From: Malacoraja senta
Lineage: Eukaryota
Assembly (NCBI GenBank): GCA_038087875.1
Contig: JAXLNO010000153.1
Coordinates: forward strand, 62,001 to 98,004
Length of the DNA stretch: 36,004 nt
Reading direction: 5' to 3'
Part shown: in pieces, positions 1 to 12,443 of the stretch
Position numbering within the stretch: the stretch's first letter is position 1
How the letters are laid out: each line of letters begins with the position of its first letter
Made by a program: the position numbers and the translations under genes
The notes under the pieces: model-generated
Database searches by the model: none
The model's input: only the letters and a program-made list of their open reading frames with translations
Told to the model about the DNA's origin: nothing

Positions 1-140
1 CCCCTACAACCCCTCTCCCCGATACAACCACCCAACAGCCCTCCCCGACAGGCCCCGCCTGGCCGTCCCCCTCACCTGGCTGCAGGACGCTTCCCGCCTG
101 AAGCCATCCCCATCCCCCGGCTACAGATGGGGGGGAACAG

Positions 141-232
141 GTGAGTGGTGGAATATTGCATTGGGGAATGGGTTTCGCTGATGGACCAGGCCTCCCGTGT
201 GACTGGGACCCAACGGGTCCCACTTGGTCTAG
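141..232 (+). mobile_element. Helitron-like non-autonomous element, 3' end (5' boundary not determined)
   Basis: GC-rich hairpin TGGGACCC-aac-GGGTCCCA (204-222), followed 6 nt later by CTAG (229-232) and then T. This is the canonical Helitron 3' terminus. A homologous copy lies at ~31270-31349. Confidence 0.55.
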
Positions 233-427
233 TATACCTCTAAAACGTCACCCACCCCACCCACTGTTCAGTTTCCTTTGGTCCAGTTTGGGGAGTAAAT
301 TTCCTGCAGAGCAAGTCTTTCCTTAACATTCACCCCAGCACCAATAAACATCCTTGTGAATCTTTTAGCCACTCACTGCTTCTAACAAAGAATACTTTTT
401 GTAGTTGGGCTGTGACCAGAATAGCAG

Positions 428-702
428 CACACACTGACACACACTCACACTGACACACAACACACACACACACACACAGAACACTCACACTCATGCACAC
501 ACACACACACACACACACTCACACACAGAACACTCGCGCACACACTCACAGATCACTCACGCACGCACACACACACACACACACACACACATAACACTCA
601 CGCAAACACACACACACAGAACACTCACACACGCACAGAACACTCACGCACACACACACAGACACATAACACTTACTCCCCAAGTATTGCCACACACACA
701 CA
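428..702. repeat. (CA)n microsatellite, imperfect
   Basis: Long run of CA/CACT/CAGA units seen directly. Confidence 0.95.
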
Positions 703-711
703 CCAACATCT

Positions 712-845
712 TTTGTACAGGAGCTCCAACATGATGTCCCTGCTAACTCTTGTACTCAATGCTCTGACTGATGAAGGCGAGCAAGCTTGATAAACTGCTG
801 CTTCTTCATCACCCTGTCAGTCTATCTGTGTGTTATCACTTTCAG
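712..845 (-). mobile_element. Old CR1 LINE ORF2 fragment
   Basis: Reverse complement contains GCCTTCATCAGTCAGAGCATTGAGTAC (AFISQSIEY), the same CR1 C-terminal motif seen at 19398. Confidence 0.6.
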
Positions 846-892
846 AGAATGATGCTCTCGTACTATTCTCTCTCCCCCTCTCTTTCTCTCAG

Positions 893-1237
893 TAAGTTTG
901 TAGACAGCAGCAGCAAAATTGGTGATATACAGGATTTTAAAAGCGACTGACTCTCAAATTGCAGCAGCGTCCAGATCAACTGGAAATGTGGGCCAAGGAA
1001 TGACAGATTTAATTTAACTTGGACAAGTGCAAAGTGGGAAGTTAAATCAGTGCAGCAGCAGCAGCAGCACTTACACTGTAAATGGCAGCAGAGCCCCAGA
1101 GAATGTTGTAGGAGGACACAGAGACTGCCGAATAGTACGAGTTCATGATTCTCTGAAAGCGATAACACAGATAGACAGACAGGGTGATAAAGAAGCAGTT
1201 TGTCAATCTTGTCTTCATCAGTCAGAGCATTGAGTAC
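893..1237 (+). mobile_element. Old, highly decayed CR1 LINE ORF2 fragment
   Basis: AGTAAGTTTGTAGAC (degenerate SKFADD) through TCTTCATCAGTCAGAGCATTGAGTAC; abuts the Gypsy LTR. Confidence 0.55.
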
Positions 1238-1393
1238 ACCATGACACGTCACATAGATTTATTGGCTACAAGCAATACAACCTCCCACTTAAGAGTCCAC
1301 TTTAAAACTAGAGGAATGCAAATGAGCAAGTGGGCGTAACTACAAATGCATGACTCATAGCATGAGTCACTAATCTACATCCCCCCTCTTAAA
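1238..1393 (-). mobile_element. Gypsy 3' LTR (1238-1379, distal end uncertain or truncated) plus polypurine tract (1380-1393)
   Basis: Minus strand reads AAGAGGGGGGA|TGTAG (PPT followed by the TG LTR start at 1379). AATAAA on the minus strand at 1258-1263. Lies just downstream of the integrase C-terminus. Confidence 0.75.
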
Positions 1394-1962
1394 GAATCAA
1401 TAACAATATATACCCATAACTAAGCAAAACAAAGCAAAGCAAATGTCACAACCGATGACAGACTAGTGGAAAGTCAAACATACTCCGGATACTTCACGAC
1501 CGGCCTGCAAACACGACCGGCACGTGCACGATAGAGACCATCTCCATTCTTTTTCTCCGGGGACAGAGCTGGTCATTTCACCGTCGTGGGGGAGTGGACC
1601 AATGTCCCTGGAGTTGAAGCAGGAGACTGTGGCGCAGGTGAAGATGGGACAGACAGAGGAACTGTTGCATACATGGATTGTTGTTCTGGCAAGAGTATGT
1701 GAGGGTCACCAGATGCTGATTGAAATGAACTTGTACGATCCGGATTATAAGGAGGAGGGATTGGCTCGTTCACAGGCAGAAGATGTTGTCTGTTTCGTCT
1801 GTAGGTGCCGCCACCGGCTCTAACAATGTACAAGCGTGGCTCCGAAGCGGGACCAGAACCCATCCCAATACGGTCGTGGCCTTTGTCAGTCTGTAAGCGG
1901 ACCACCTGTCCTTTGGTCAATGGTGGCAATGGCCTACTCGTCTTGTCGAACCATTTATTTTG
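1394..1962 (-). mobile_element. Gypsy LTR retrotransposon segment 3: integrase C-terminal tail
   Basis: ORF 1573..2031 contains QNKWFDKTSRPLPPLTKGQVVRLQ...YRRNRQHL, typical of the integrase C-terminus of this Gypsy type. It continues directly from ...QQKRDV at ~6005. Confidence 0.85.
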
Positions 1963-4900
1963 AACATAGATACATAGAAAGTAGGTGCAGGAGTAGGCCA
2001 TTCGGTCCATCGAGCCATTCAATATGATCATGGCTGATCATCCAACTCAGTATCCCGTACCTGCCTTCTCTCCATACCCCCTGATCCCTTTAGCCACAAG
2101 GGCCACATCTAACTCCCTCTTAAATATAGCCAATGAACTAGCCTCAACTACCCTCTGTGGCAGAGAGTTCCAGAGACTCACCACTCGCTGTGTGAAAAGG
2201 TTTTTTCTCATCTCGGTCTTAAAGGATTTCCCCCTTATCCTTAAGCTGTCACCCCTTGTCTTGGACTTCCCCAACATCGGGAACAATTTTCCTGCATTCA
2301 GCCTGTCCAAACCCATAAGAATTTTGTAAGTTTCTATAAGATCCCTCTCAATCTCCTAAAGTCTAGCGAGTATAAGCCGAGTCTATCCAGTCTTTCTTCA
2401 TATGAAAGTCCTGACATCCCAAGAATCAGTCTGGTGAACCTTCTCTGCACTCCCTCTATGGCTATAATGTCCTTCCTCAGATTTGGAGACCAAAACTGTA
2501 CGCAATACTCCAGGTGTGGTCTCACTAAGACCCTGTACAACTGCAGTAGAACCTCCCTGCTATACTCAAATCCTTTTGCTATGAAAGCTAACATACCATT
2601 CGCTTTCTTCACTGCCTGCTGCACCTGCATGCCTACTTTCAATGACTGGTGTACCATGACACCCAGGTCCCGCTGCATCTCCCCTTTTCCTAATCGGCCC
2701 CCATTTATATAATAGTCTGCTTTCCTGTTTTTGCCACCAAAGTGGATAACCTCACATTGATCCACATTATACTGCATCTGACAAACATTTGCCCACTCAC
2801 CGAGCCTATCCAAGTCACCTTGCAGTCCCCTAGCATCCTCCTCACAGCTAACACTGCCCCCCAGCTTAGTGTCATCCGCAAACTTGGAGATGTTGCCTTC
2901 AATTCCCTCATCCAGTTCATTAATATAAATTGTAAATAGCTGGGGTCCCAGCACTGAGCCTTGTGGTACCCCACTAGTCACTGCCTGCCATTGTGAAAAG
3001 GACCCATTTACTCCTACTCTTTGCTTCCTGTTTGCCAGCCAGTTCTCTATCCACATCAATACTGAACCCCCAATACCGTGTGCTTTAAGTTTGTATATTA
3101 ATCTCTTATGTTGGACTTTGTCGAAAGCCTTCTGAAAGTCCAGATACAACACATCCACTGGTTCTCCCCTATCCACTCTACTAGTTACATCCTCGAAAAA
3201 TTCTATAAGATTCGTCAGACATGATTTACCTTTCGTAAATCCATGCTGACTTTGTCCAATGATTTCACCACTTTCCAAATGTGCTGCTATCCCATCTTTA
3301 ATAACTGACTCTAGCAGTTTCCCCACTACCGATGTTAGACTAACTGGTCTGTAATTCCCCATTTTCTCTCTCCCTCCCTTCTTAAAAAGTGGGGTTACGT
3401 TTGCTACCCTCCAATCCTCAGGAACTACTCCAAAATCTAAAGAGTTTTGAAAAATTATCACTAATGCATCCACTATTTCTGGAGTTACTTCCTTAAGTAC
3501 TCTGGGATGCAGCCTATCTGGCCCTGGTGATTTATCAGCCTTTAGTCCATTCAATTTACCCAACACCACCTTCCCGACTAACCTGGATTTCACTCAGTTC
3601 CTCCATCTCCTTTGACCCGCGTCCCCTGCTATTTCCGGCAGATTATTTATGTCTTCCTTAGTGAAGACGGAACCAAAGTAGTTATTCAATGGTCCGCCAT
3701 ATCCTTGTTCCCCATGATCAATTCACCTGTTTCTGACTGCAACTGGACCTACATTTGTTTTAACTAATCTCTTTCTCTTCACATATCTATAAAAACTTTT
3801 GCAGACAGTTTTTATGTTCCCTGCCAGTTTCCTTTCATAATCTATTTTCCCTTTCCTAATTAAGCCCTTTGTCCTCCTCTGCTGCTCTCTGAATTTCTCC
3901 CAGTCCTCTGGTATGCTGCTTTTTCTGGCTAATTTGTACGCATCATCTTTTGCTTTGATACTATCCCTGATTTCACTTGTTATCCACGGATGCACTACCT
4001 TCCCTGATTTATTCTTTTGCCAAACTGGGATGAACATTTTTTGTAGTTCATCCATGCAGTCTTTAAATGCCTTCCATTGCATATCCACCGTCAACATTTT
4101 AGAACTAATTGCCAGTCAATCTTGGCCAATTCACGTCTCATACCCTCAAAAGTTACTTTCTTTAAGTTCAGAACCATTGTTTCTGAATTAACAATGTCAC
4201 TCTCCATCCTAATGAAGAACTCAACCATATTATGGTCACTCTTGCCCAAGGGGGCACGCACAACAAGACTGCTAACTAACCCTTCCTCATTACTCAATAC
4301 CCAGTCTAGAATAGCCTGCTCTCTCGTTGGTTCCTCTACATGTTGGTTTAGATAACTATCCCGCATACATTCCAAGAAATCCTCTTCCTCAGCACCCCTG
4401 CCTATATGTAGATTGAAGTCACCCATTATAACTGTTTTGCCTTTCTTGCACGCATTTCTAATTTCCTGTTTGATGCCATCCCCAACCACTATTACTGTTA
4501 GGTGGCCTGTACACAACACCCACCAGCGTTTTCTGCCCCTTAGTGTTTCGCAGCTCTACCCATTACCGATTCCACATCCTCCAAGCTAATGTCCTTCCTT
4601 TCCAGTGCGTTAATCTCCTCTCTAACCAGCAAACGCTACCCCACCTCCTTTTCCTTTCTCTCTATCCCTCCTGAATATTGAATATCCCTGGATGTTCAGC
4701 TCCCAGCCTTGGTCACCTGGAGCCCATGTCCTCCGTGATCCCAACTATATCATAATCATTAATAGCTATCTGCAATTCAACTCATCCATCTTATTATGAA
4801 TGCTCCTTGCATTGAGACACAAAGCCTTCAGGCTTGTTTTTTACAACGCTCTTACCCCTTTTGCAATTATGTTGAAAAGTGGCCTTTATTGGCTTGTCTT

Positions 4901-6005
4901 GACTTGACGATCTGTCTGCCTGCCACTTTTACTTTTTCACCTTGCTACCTATTGCTTCCGCCCCGCATTTTGCACCCCTCTGTTTCTCTGCTCACCCATT
5001 TAAGAACCCCCACCACCTCTTTTCTCTGTTTATTATTGTTTTCTTCTTCTTTCCCCCTACATGTTGGGTCTGAGGTCTTTCCTTCTCTGCCTCCTGCCTC
5101 ACATACTGTCTATAGCTTTATCTATTTGAGTCCCTCCCCAACCGTTCTAGTTTAAGTCTCCCCAGTAGCCTATGCAAATCTCCCCGCCAGGATAATTGGT
5201 CCCGCTCAGGTTCAAGTGCAACCCATCCTTTTTGTACAGGTCGCACCTTCCACAAAAGAGGTCCCAATGATCCAGGAAATTTGAATCCCTGCCCTCTGCA
5301 CCAGTCCTTCAGCCACGCATTTAACCTCCACCTCGCTCCATTCCTACTCTTCACTGTCGCGTGGCACAGACAGTAATCCCGAGATTGTTACCTTTGCTGT
5401 CCTTCTCCTTAACTCCTAACTCCCCTAATTCTCCTTTCAGGACCTCTTTTTTTTAACCTATGTCATTGGTACCTATATGTACCACGACCTCGGGCTCCTC
5501 TCCCTCCCCTTTCAGGATATCTTGGACACGTTGAGACACATCACAGACCCTGGCACCAGGGAGGCAAACTACCATCCGGGTCTCCCGACTGTGTCCACAG
5601 AATCGCCTGTCTGACCCCCTAACTATAGAGTCCCCTATTACTAATGCCCTCCTCTTGTTTTCCTTACCCTTCTGAGCAACAGGACCGGTCTCTGTACCAG
5701 AGGCCCGGCCACTGTCGCTACCCCCAGGTAGGCTGTCCCCCCCAACAGTACTCAAACAGGAGTACTTATTGTCAAGGTGTACAGCCACCGGGGTACTCTC
5801 TAGTCCCTGCCTGTGCCCCTTGCCTCTCCCAACCGTGACCCACTTGCCTGCCTCCTGTGGTCTTGGAGTGACCACCTCCCTGTAACTCCTCTCAATGACT
5901 TCCTCGCTCTCCCTGACCAGACGGAGGTCATCGAGCTGCTGCTCCAGGTTCCAAATACGGTCCCTTAGGAGCCCCATCTCGATGCACCTGGCGCAGATGT
6001 GGACG
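1963..6005 (-). mobile_element. CR1 LINE, near full length (5'-truncated in ORF1), inserted in the Gypsy integrase
   Basis: ORF1 with SGNH-esterase motifs (LVIGDSIVRG, VVVHIGTND, 5453-6000); APE endonuclease pieces (MGDFN, SDHN, 4091-4519); RT 2334-3593; 3' UTR ending in a TTCTATG-type tail at ~1963-1980. Several frameshifts. Confidence 0.95.
2334..3593 (-). CDS. CR1 ORF2 reverse transcriptase domain (intact fragment of a disrupted ORF)
   Basis: KSPGPD, NYRPVSLTS, YLDFQKAFDKV, GVPQGSVLGP, KFADD, RPHLEYCVQFWSP motifs. Confidence 0.9.
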   Translation of the reverse strand: MKSRLVGKVVLGKLNGLKADKSPGPDRLHPRVLKEVTPEIVDALVIIFQNSLDFGVVPEDWRVANVTPLFKKGGREKMGNYRPVSLTSVVGKLLESVIKDGIAAHLESGEIIGQSQHGFTKGKSCLTNLIEFFEDVTSRVDRGEPVDVLYLDFQKAFDKVQHKRLIYKLKAHGIGGSVLMWIENWLANRKQRVGVNGSFSQWQAVTSGVPQGSVLGPQLFTIYINELDEGIEGNISKFADDTKLGGSVSCEEDARGLQGDLDRLGEWANVCQMQYNVDQCEVIHFGGKNRKADYYINGGRLGKGEMQRDLGVMVHQSLKVGMQVQQAVKKANGMLAFIAKGFEYSREVLLQLYRVLVRPHLEYCVQFWSPNLRKDIIAIEGVQRRFTRLILGMSGLSYEERLDRLGLYSLDFRRLRGIL

Positions 6006-7859
6006 TCCCGCTTCTGTTGCAAGCTGGCTTGAACCTCCTCTGACGGAAAGACTTGTGGGATTAATGTTTGCTCTGTTACGGGCAGCGTGGTACGCGTCTG
6101 CCTTGACAATAATCGTTGAGCAGGTGAACCCAAGGCAGGGTTACGGGAAATGTTGCGTAAGTTGAGTAAATCCAGGAATATGTCAGATTTAACTCTGTGA
6201 GAGCGTTCCATGAGCTGTTTTCCACTTCTGACAGCCCGTTCAGCCAGCCCGTTAGACTGTGGATATTCAGGGCTGCTGGTGATGTGGTGAAAATTCCAGT
6301 GTCTGGCAAACGCTGAATTGTTGGCTGGTAAACTGACTGCTATTGTTAGTCAGCAGCTTGCCTGGAGATCCGTGGACTGAAAAGTGACGAGATAATTTCG
6401 AAATCACACCGCTGGAAGTCGGGCTGCTGAGAAAATCAATGTCGAACCACCCTGAATACGAATCCACAAGCACCAGGTACTGCTTGCCGTGCCATTTAAT
6501 CAAATCAGCTGCCACTGTAGACTATGGGATGTGTCAGAAATGGTTGCTTTTGTAGATGAGGCACCAGGCTATTGCACACAGCACAAGCTGACACGTTTTC
6601 GTTGATGTATTAAGCCATGCCAGGCCAGTCAAACATGCTTTTCGCCCGTGAAACAGTGACTTCAGCACCTGGGTGTCCTGCATGAACAGCGTCAAAATAC
6701 CGGTGGTGCAGTGAAACAGGAACCACGGCCTTGTGTCCTTTTAAAACAATGCCGTCTTGTAACACTAGCTCATCTCGGACAGAGAAGAATGGCCGGACTG
6801 GCAATGGAACGTTGTAGTGTTTGTCTGGCCAGCCACGCTTAATGACAGAAGTTAGCGACCGTAGGGTCTTGTCAGTAGCAGTGTGGGCAACCAGGTCCTC
6901 CATCCAAGATGAAGGGACGAGGGATACAGTCATCACAATGAAGTCATCATCCTGCGAGGGCAGCTCCTCACAGGACTTCCGTGGTGCAGGTGAAAGAGTG
7001 TCCGCCAGGTGCATATCCTTACCACGTTTGTAGGTCAGGACGATGTCATACTTTTGAAGTTGAAGTAACATCCGTTGTAGGCGCGCTGGAGAGCTGTGAA
7101 TGGGTTTATTAAAAATGCTGAGCAGGGGTTGGTGGTCGGTCTCGATTGAATTAGTGCGGCCAAAGATGAAATCGTTGCACTTTTTTCAGGCAAACACGAC
7201 CGCTAACAGTTCTTTCTCAATTTTGGGCGTATCGTTGTTCTGTGTCAGACATGGTACGCAAGGCATAGGCGACAGGTTTATTGCCATGGCCATCATTCTG
7301 AAGGCACGCAGCTCCCAGACCGTGTTGTGAGGCGTCACGTGTAAGTGTTACAGGTAGTCTAGGATCAAAGTACGCTAGAGTAGGGGTGCCGTTTAAGAGT
7401 GTCGAATGTTGTCTGTTGTTGTTCATGCCAAGTCAAAGCAGAGTCTTTGTGTGTTAGTTGGTGCAATGGGGCTGATATTTTGCTGAAATCCGGAATGAAT
7501 TTGCTCAAATAGTTCGCCATGCCAAGGAACCTCTACAAACTGGGCACATCCGTGGGTGCTGGTAGCTCATTAATAGCACTGGTTTTCATTGTATCTGTTT
7601 TCAGGCCGCCTTGGTGAAAATATGGACTAAATATTTTACTTCGTTCATTTTGAATCTGCATTTTTGGGGACTGAGCTTGAGATGGATGACCTCGGCACGC
7701 TTGATTACTTTAGTCAGATTGGCATTGTGTTCCTCGACCGTTTTTCCAGCAATGAGGATATCGTCCACTCCGATGGAGCATGGGTATCCGGCAAACAATT
7801 GCTCCATGGATTATTCAAATACTTCACTGGCAGAACTTATACCAAAAGGCATCCTTAAA
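6006..7859 (-). mobile_element. Gypsy segment 2: RT C-half, RNase H, integrase zinc finger and core (frameshifted)
   Basis: RMPFGISSASEVF, VDDILIAG (RT); DASQHGLGA, E-LAVVFA, ETDHQPL (RNase H); HAGHPG (IN zinc finger); YLVLVDSYSGW, SPAQRLLSRQTRTTLP (IN core). Confidence 0.93.
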
Positions 7860-10800
7860 TTTTTTTTTTTAATTTGTATTTTATTAGAAGTACATTACAT
7901 TACAACCACATACATTAGTACTTGTCATTTATATCTTCTTACAATTAATGTACTCCATTTATTTTTTACACTAGAAAAGGAAAAGATTGAAAGAAAGAAG
8001 AAAGTGAAGGAAAAAGTGGAAGTGTAGGAAATGTGACAACAAAAAAGGACGAATAAGAGCAAAATTAAAAACAAAAGAAAAAGAGTTAAGAAATAGACCC
8101 TAGGAAAGAAAGAAAGAGAGAAAGAGGAAAAAGAGAGAAACAAATATGTTTATGAGCATTACGTAAATGGGACATACCAACTCTTCAACTATCATCCCCC
8201 CTTACCTGACCTCAATTTTTTTTTTTTTTTTAAGTACTTTTGCACCCTATGTTTGTAATAATTCTATAAATGCAAACCACGTCAGGTGGAAATGATCTGG
8301 TTTACCTGCTAGGAGGAGTCTTATCTCTTCTAGGTGTAATGTTTCAAACATATTTGAAATCCACATATTTATAGTTGGTATTGGAGCCTTCTTCCAAAAT
8401 TTTAGAATTAGCTTTTTTCCAGTTATTAACCCATAGTCCATTAGTTTCTTTTGAAACACATTTAGTTCTGGACCATCTTCCGTTATTCCGAAGATAATCC
8501 ATTCTGCTTTGGGCAGAAATCCAGTCTTGTTTTAAATAATCCAGTCTTGTTTTAAATAACTTTGTAAAGATTTCAAAAATTTCATTCCAAAATTTTTGAA
8601 TTTTTGTACAAGAAACGAATGAGTGCGTTATGGTAGCTTCTTGGGATTGACATTTATCACAAATAGATGATACATTTGGGAAAATTTTATGAATTTTAGT
8701 TTTCGAATAATATAATCTATGTAAAATTTTAAATTGTATTAAAGTGTGTCTTCCATTAATCGAGCATTTATGCACGTTTAATAAGTATTCATTCCAACTT
8801 TCCTTTGAAATTTTAATAGCTAACTCTTGTTCCCAGTCTCTTCTGATACCCTCCGTAGATGGTATTTGTGCATTTAAGATAATATTATACAAATATGATA
8901 TTAAGTTTGCTGATTCCGCTTTTATCTGCATTGCCTCGTCCAGTACATCTGCTGGGTTATTATGATGATCTTTTGTATATTTTTTCAAATAGTCGCATAT
9001 TTGAAAATATTTAAAATATTGATTATTTCCGAGTTTATATTTTATTTGTAATTGTTGAAATGAAAGTAATTTTCCAGTTTCATACAAGTCACCAAGCGTT
9101 TTAATTCCTAATCTATCCCATTGTGTATAAGCTTTATCTATAATAGAAGGATTAAACGAAGGGTTATTGACTATAGGTAATAAAAGTGATAAATTTCTTA
9201 ATTTTAAATTTTGTTTTATTTGTTTCCAAATTCGGATTGTACTATGAATAATTGGGTTCTTATTATAATTTATGTTATTCAATTTCATTGGAGAGAGGAG
9301 GATCGCTCCAATGTTTCTAGAGGAGCAATCCTCTTTCTCCATTACAATCCAGTCCGCTTGCTGGGCGGAGTTATCCATCAGTTGAATCATATTTTTAATA
9401 TTTACTGACCAATAATAATACATAAAATTAGGTAGTGCTAAACCCCCTAATACTTTAGGTTTATTCAGATGAGTTTTTTGTATTCTATGTGATTTATAGT
9501 CCCATATAAAATTAGTGATATCTGAGTCGAGTTTTTTAAAAAACTTCTTTGGTAAGTATATAGGAATTGATTGAAATAGGTATAAAATTTGTGGTAAAAA
9601 GATTATTTTTATTGCGTTTATTCGGCCTATTAAAGACATCGGGAGCGTTTTCCAGAATTCAATTAGTGTGTTTAATTTATTAAGTAAGGGGTAAAAATTT
9701 GCCCTAAACATACCTTGATATGATCTGGTAATTTCGATTCCCAAATATTTAAATTTTTCTGCAGCTATTTTAAAAGGGAATTTTAAAAGATGTGATGAAT
9801 CTTTCGGTTTTATTGACATAATTTCACTTTTATTCCAATTTATTCTATATCCAGAAAAAGATCAAAATCTTCAATTAAATTTAATATATTTGGTATAGTG
9901 ATTTGAGGTTTTGTAATGTACAGTAATATATCATCCGCGTATAAAGATATTTTATTATATGAATCTTTAGTATTATATCCATGGATATCAGGGTGTATTC
10001 TAATTTTTTCTGCTAGCGGTTCAATAATGAGAGCAAACAGTTGTGGTGATAATGAGCATCCTTGTCTATTTCCCCTTGATAGTTGGAATTTCGAGGATAA
10101 TATGTTATTAGTTAGTATTCTAGCTGTAGGTTTGTTATATAGTAACTTGATCCATAGAATAAAATTCTCCCCCAGTTGAAATGTTTGTAATACTTTGTCC
10201 ATATAATTCCATTCTACTTGATCAAATGCTTTTTCAGCATCCAGCGAAATAATTGATAATTCTTGATCTTCAGATTTGTGTGAGTGCATTATGTTGAGTA
10301 GACGTCTCATATTGTTAGATGAGTATCTCTTAGGGATAAACCCCGTCTGATCTGGGTTTATTAATTTACTAATGTATTTACTTAATCTTCTAGCTAATGT
10401 TTTCGCTAATATTTTTTGATCTGTGTTTAACAATGCTATAGCTCTATATGAACCAGGTTCTTCTAGGTCTTTATTTTTCTTAGGTATTAATGTAATCGTT
10501 GATTCCGCTAATGTATCAGGTAGTATTCGTTTTTTAAAAGCATATTGGTACATTTTTTGTAATCTTGGTATTATTTTATCATAAAAGCTTTTATAAAATT
10601 CATTAGTAAATCCGTCAGGGCCTGGTGTTTTTCCATTCGTTAGTGAGTTTATTGTATCTTCTAATTCCTTAATTGAGATTTGTGCACCCAGTTCCTCTTG
10701 TTCCTTCAATTCTAACTTTGGAAGATTACAGGTATCCAAGAACTTTGTGATATTATTGGAATCACTTGTCGTTTTAGATGTATACAAATTCTCATAAAAT

Positions 10801-11804
10801 TGCGCAAATCTATTATTAATATCCTTTGGTGTTGTTAATAATTCCCCTTTATCTGATTTGATCTTTGGTATAGTATGTTCCTTTTCTCGTTTTTTTAGCT
10901 GGCGAGCCAAAAGTTTATGCGGTTTATCCCCAAATTCAAAGTGCTCTTGTTTTGTAATTTGAAAAAGTCTTATAAGTTTGGCAGATAATAATTTATTTAA
11001 TTTAAATTTCAAAATTATTATTTTATTATGTTTATCTATTGATGGATCTTTAGCATTATCTATATCCATTTGTCTAATAAGTTCTTCTAACTGTCTTTGT
11101 TCATTCTTATTCTTTTTTTTTGAAAAGCTTGATATGAAATTATAATACCCCTAATGTATGCTTTAAAAGATTCCCATAATACAGTAGACGATATATCTGG
11201 AGTATCATTTATTTGAAAAAAGACCTCCATTTGTTCTTTTAAATATATACTCGCTTGTGGATCTTTTAGAATTTGAGAATTAAATCTCCAAAACGATTTA
11301 TTCTTAGACAATCCTTCCAGTTTTAAAAAGAAAGTTAGTGGAGAATGGTCTGAAATCGAGTTTGTGTGGTATATTGCATTAGATGTTTGGGGGATTAATT
11401 TTGTATCCAGCAGAAAGTAGTCTATACGTGAGTATGTCTTATGTACCATTGCGTAAAACGAGTATTCCCTGCCAGTTGGATTAACAATTCTCCAAACATC
11501 TGCTATATTAGTGTTGTTTATATAGGTATTGAGAAGTTCCCCAGTTTTCGATTTCATATTCCCTCTCTGTTTTTGACTTGATTTATCTAAGTACGGATCT
11601 AAAACACAGTTAAAGTCTCCTCCTATTATAACATTTTCATAGTTTGACTCTGCAATTATGTTGAAAATTTTATTGAAAAAGTGGGGGTTATCAAAGTTAG
11701 GGGCATATATATTTACCAAAGTAAGTGGAGTATCATGGATTTCTCCATTAACTATTAGGTATCTCCCTTCTATATCTGTTATAATATTCTTTGCTTTAAA
11801 TGGT
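7860..11804 (-). mobile_element. L1-clade LINE, 5'-truncated in the APE domain, with poly(A) tail and TSD
   Basis: APE (NIYAPN, GGDFN, SRIDYF, SDHSP; 11087-11804); RT (PGPDGF, SLDAEKAFDQVEW, RQGCSLSP, LYADD; 9840-11069); C-terminal CCHC (CDKC...H...C; 8344-9819). Poly(A) is the T-run at 7860-7870. ATCCTTAAA flanks both ends (7851-7859, 11805-11813). Confidence 0.95.
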
Positions 11805-12443
11805 ATCCTTAAAATTTTATAACGTCCGAACGGAGTACAGAATGTTGTCAGCTTGGAGGAATTATGTTCCAGTGGAATCTGCCAGGAATGAACTCTTGGC
11901 ATCTAGTACTGTGAATACAGTTGTTTCAGCCATCTGCGCCGCAATCTAGTCTACAGTGCGTATTGGATAACACGGTATATTAATTGCTGTATTTAAGTCC
12001 TTGGGGTTGATACAAATCCGTATCTCATCTTTATTCTTCTTAGTAGTGATAACCATTGAGGAGACCCAGTCTCAGGGTTCAGTTACGGGAGTAATCACAC
12101 CAAGAGCCACCATTCTGTTAAGCTCAATTTGCACACAATCCCGCATAGCATCAGGAATCCTGTGAGCCAGACGAACAACTGTGATTGCCTCAGGGTCAAT
12201 AGTAATCGAGTATCTCACAGGCAACCTGCCCAGCTCGTCGTTCAACAAATCCTGTATTGTGTTAAAATGTGATGTGTAAAATCACAGTCTATAGTCAGTG
12301 GACAGGCCGAAGGGCTGAAGGAAATGAAACCCATGTCATGGCATGCATCGGCACCCAGTATGGATGGTACCTTCTCGTGTACCACATAGAAGTCCAAGAT
12401 GTGGTCACGCACATTGAGCCTGCAACATAAGTACAGACCACAA
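11805..12443 (-). mobile_element. Gypsy segment 1: protease C-terminus and RT N-half
   Basis: PSILGADAC (protease); IRICINPKDLNTAI, WQIPL, TTFCTPFGRY (RT). gag and the 5' LTR are not found in the window. Confidence 0.88.

Noticed and set aside
750..1237. 27-bp inverted match between ~752-778 and 1211-1237 as a functional hairpin or TIR
   Set aside because: Both arms are the same CR1 coding motif from two opposite-strand fragments.
3594..5460. Dense 1-bp indels in the CR1 5' half as programmed frameshifting
   Set aside because: The indels are scattered and unpatterned; neutral decay or long-read consensus error is more likely.
5453..6211. Novel integrase-esterase fusion gene (likewise RT-APE ORF 11087-11902)
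   Set aside because: Explained by in-frame insertion junctions within disrupted elements; no independent start or promoter evidence.
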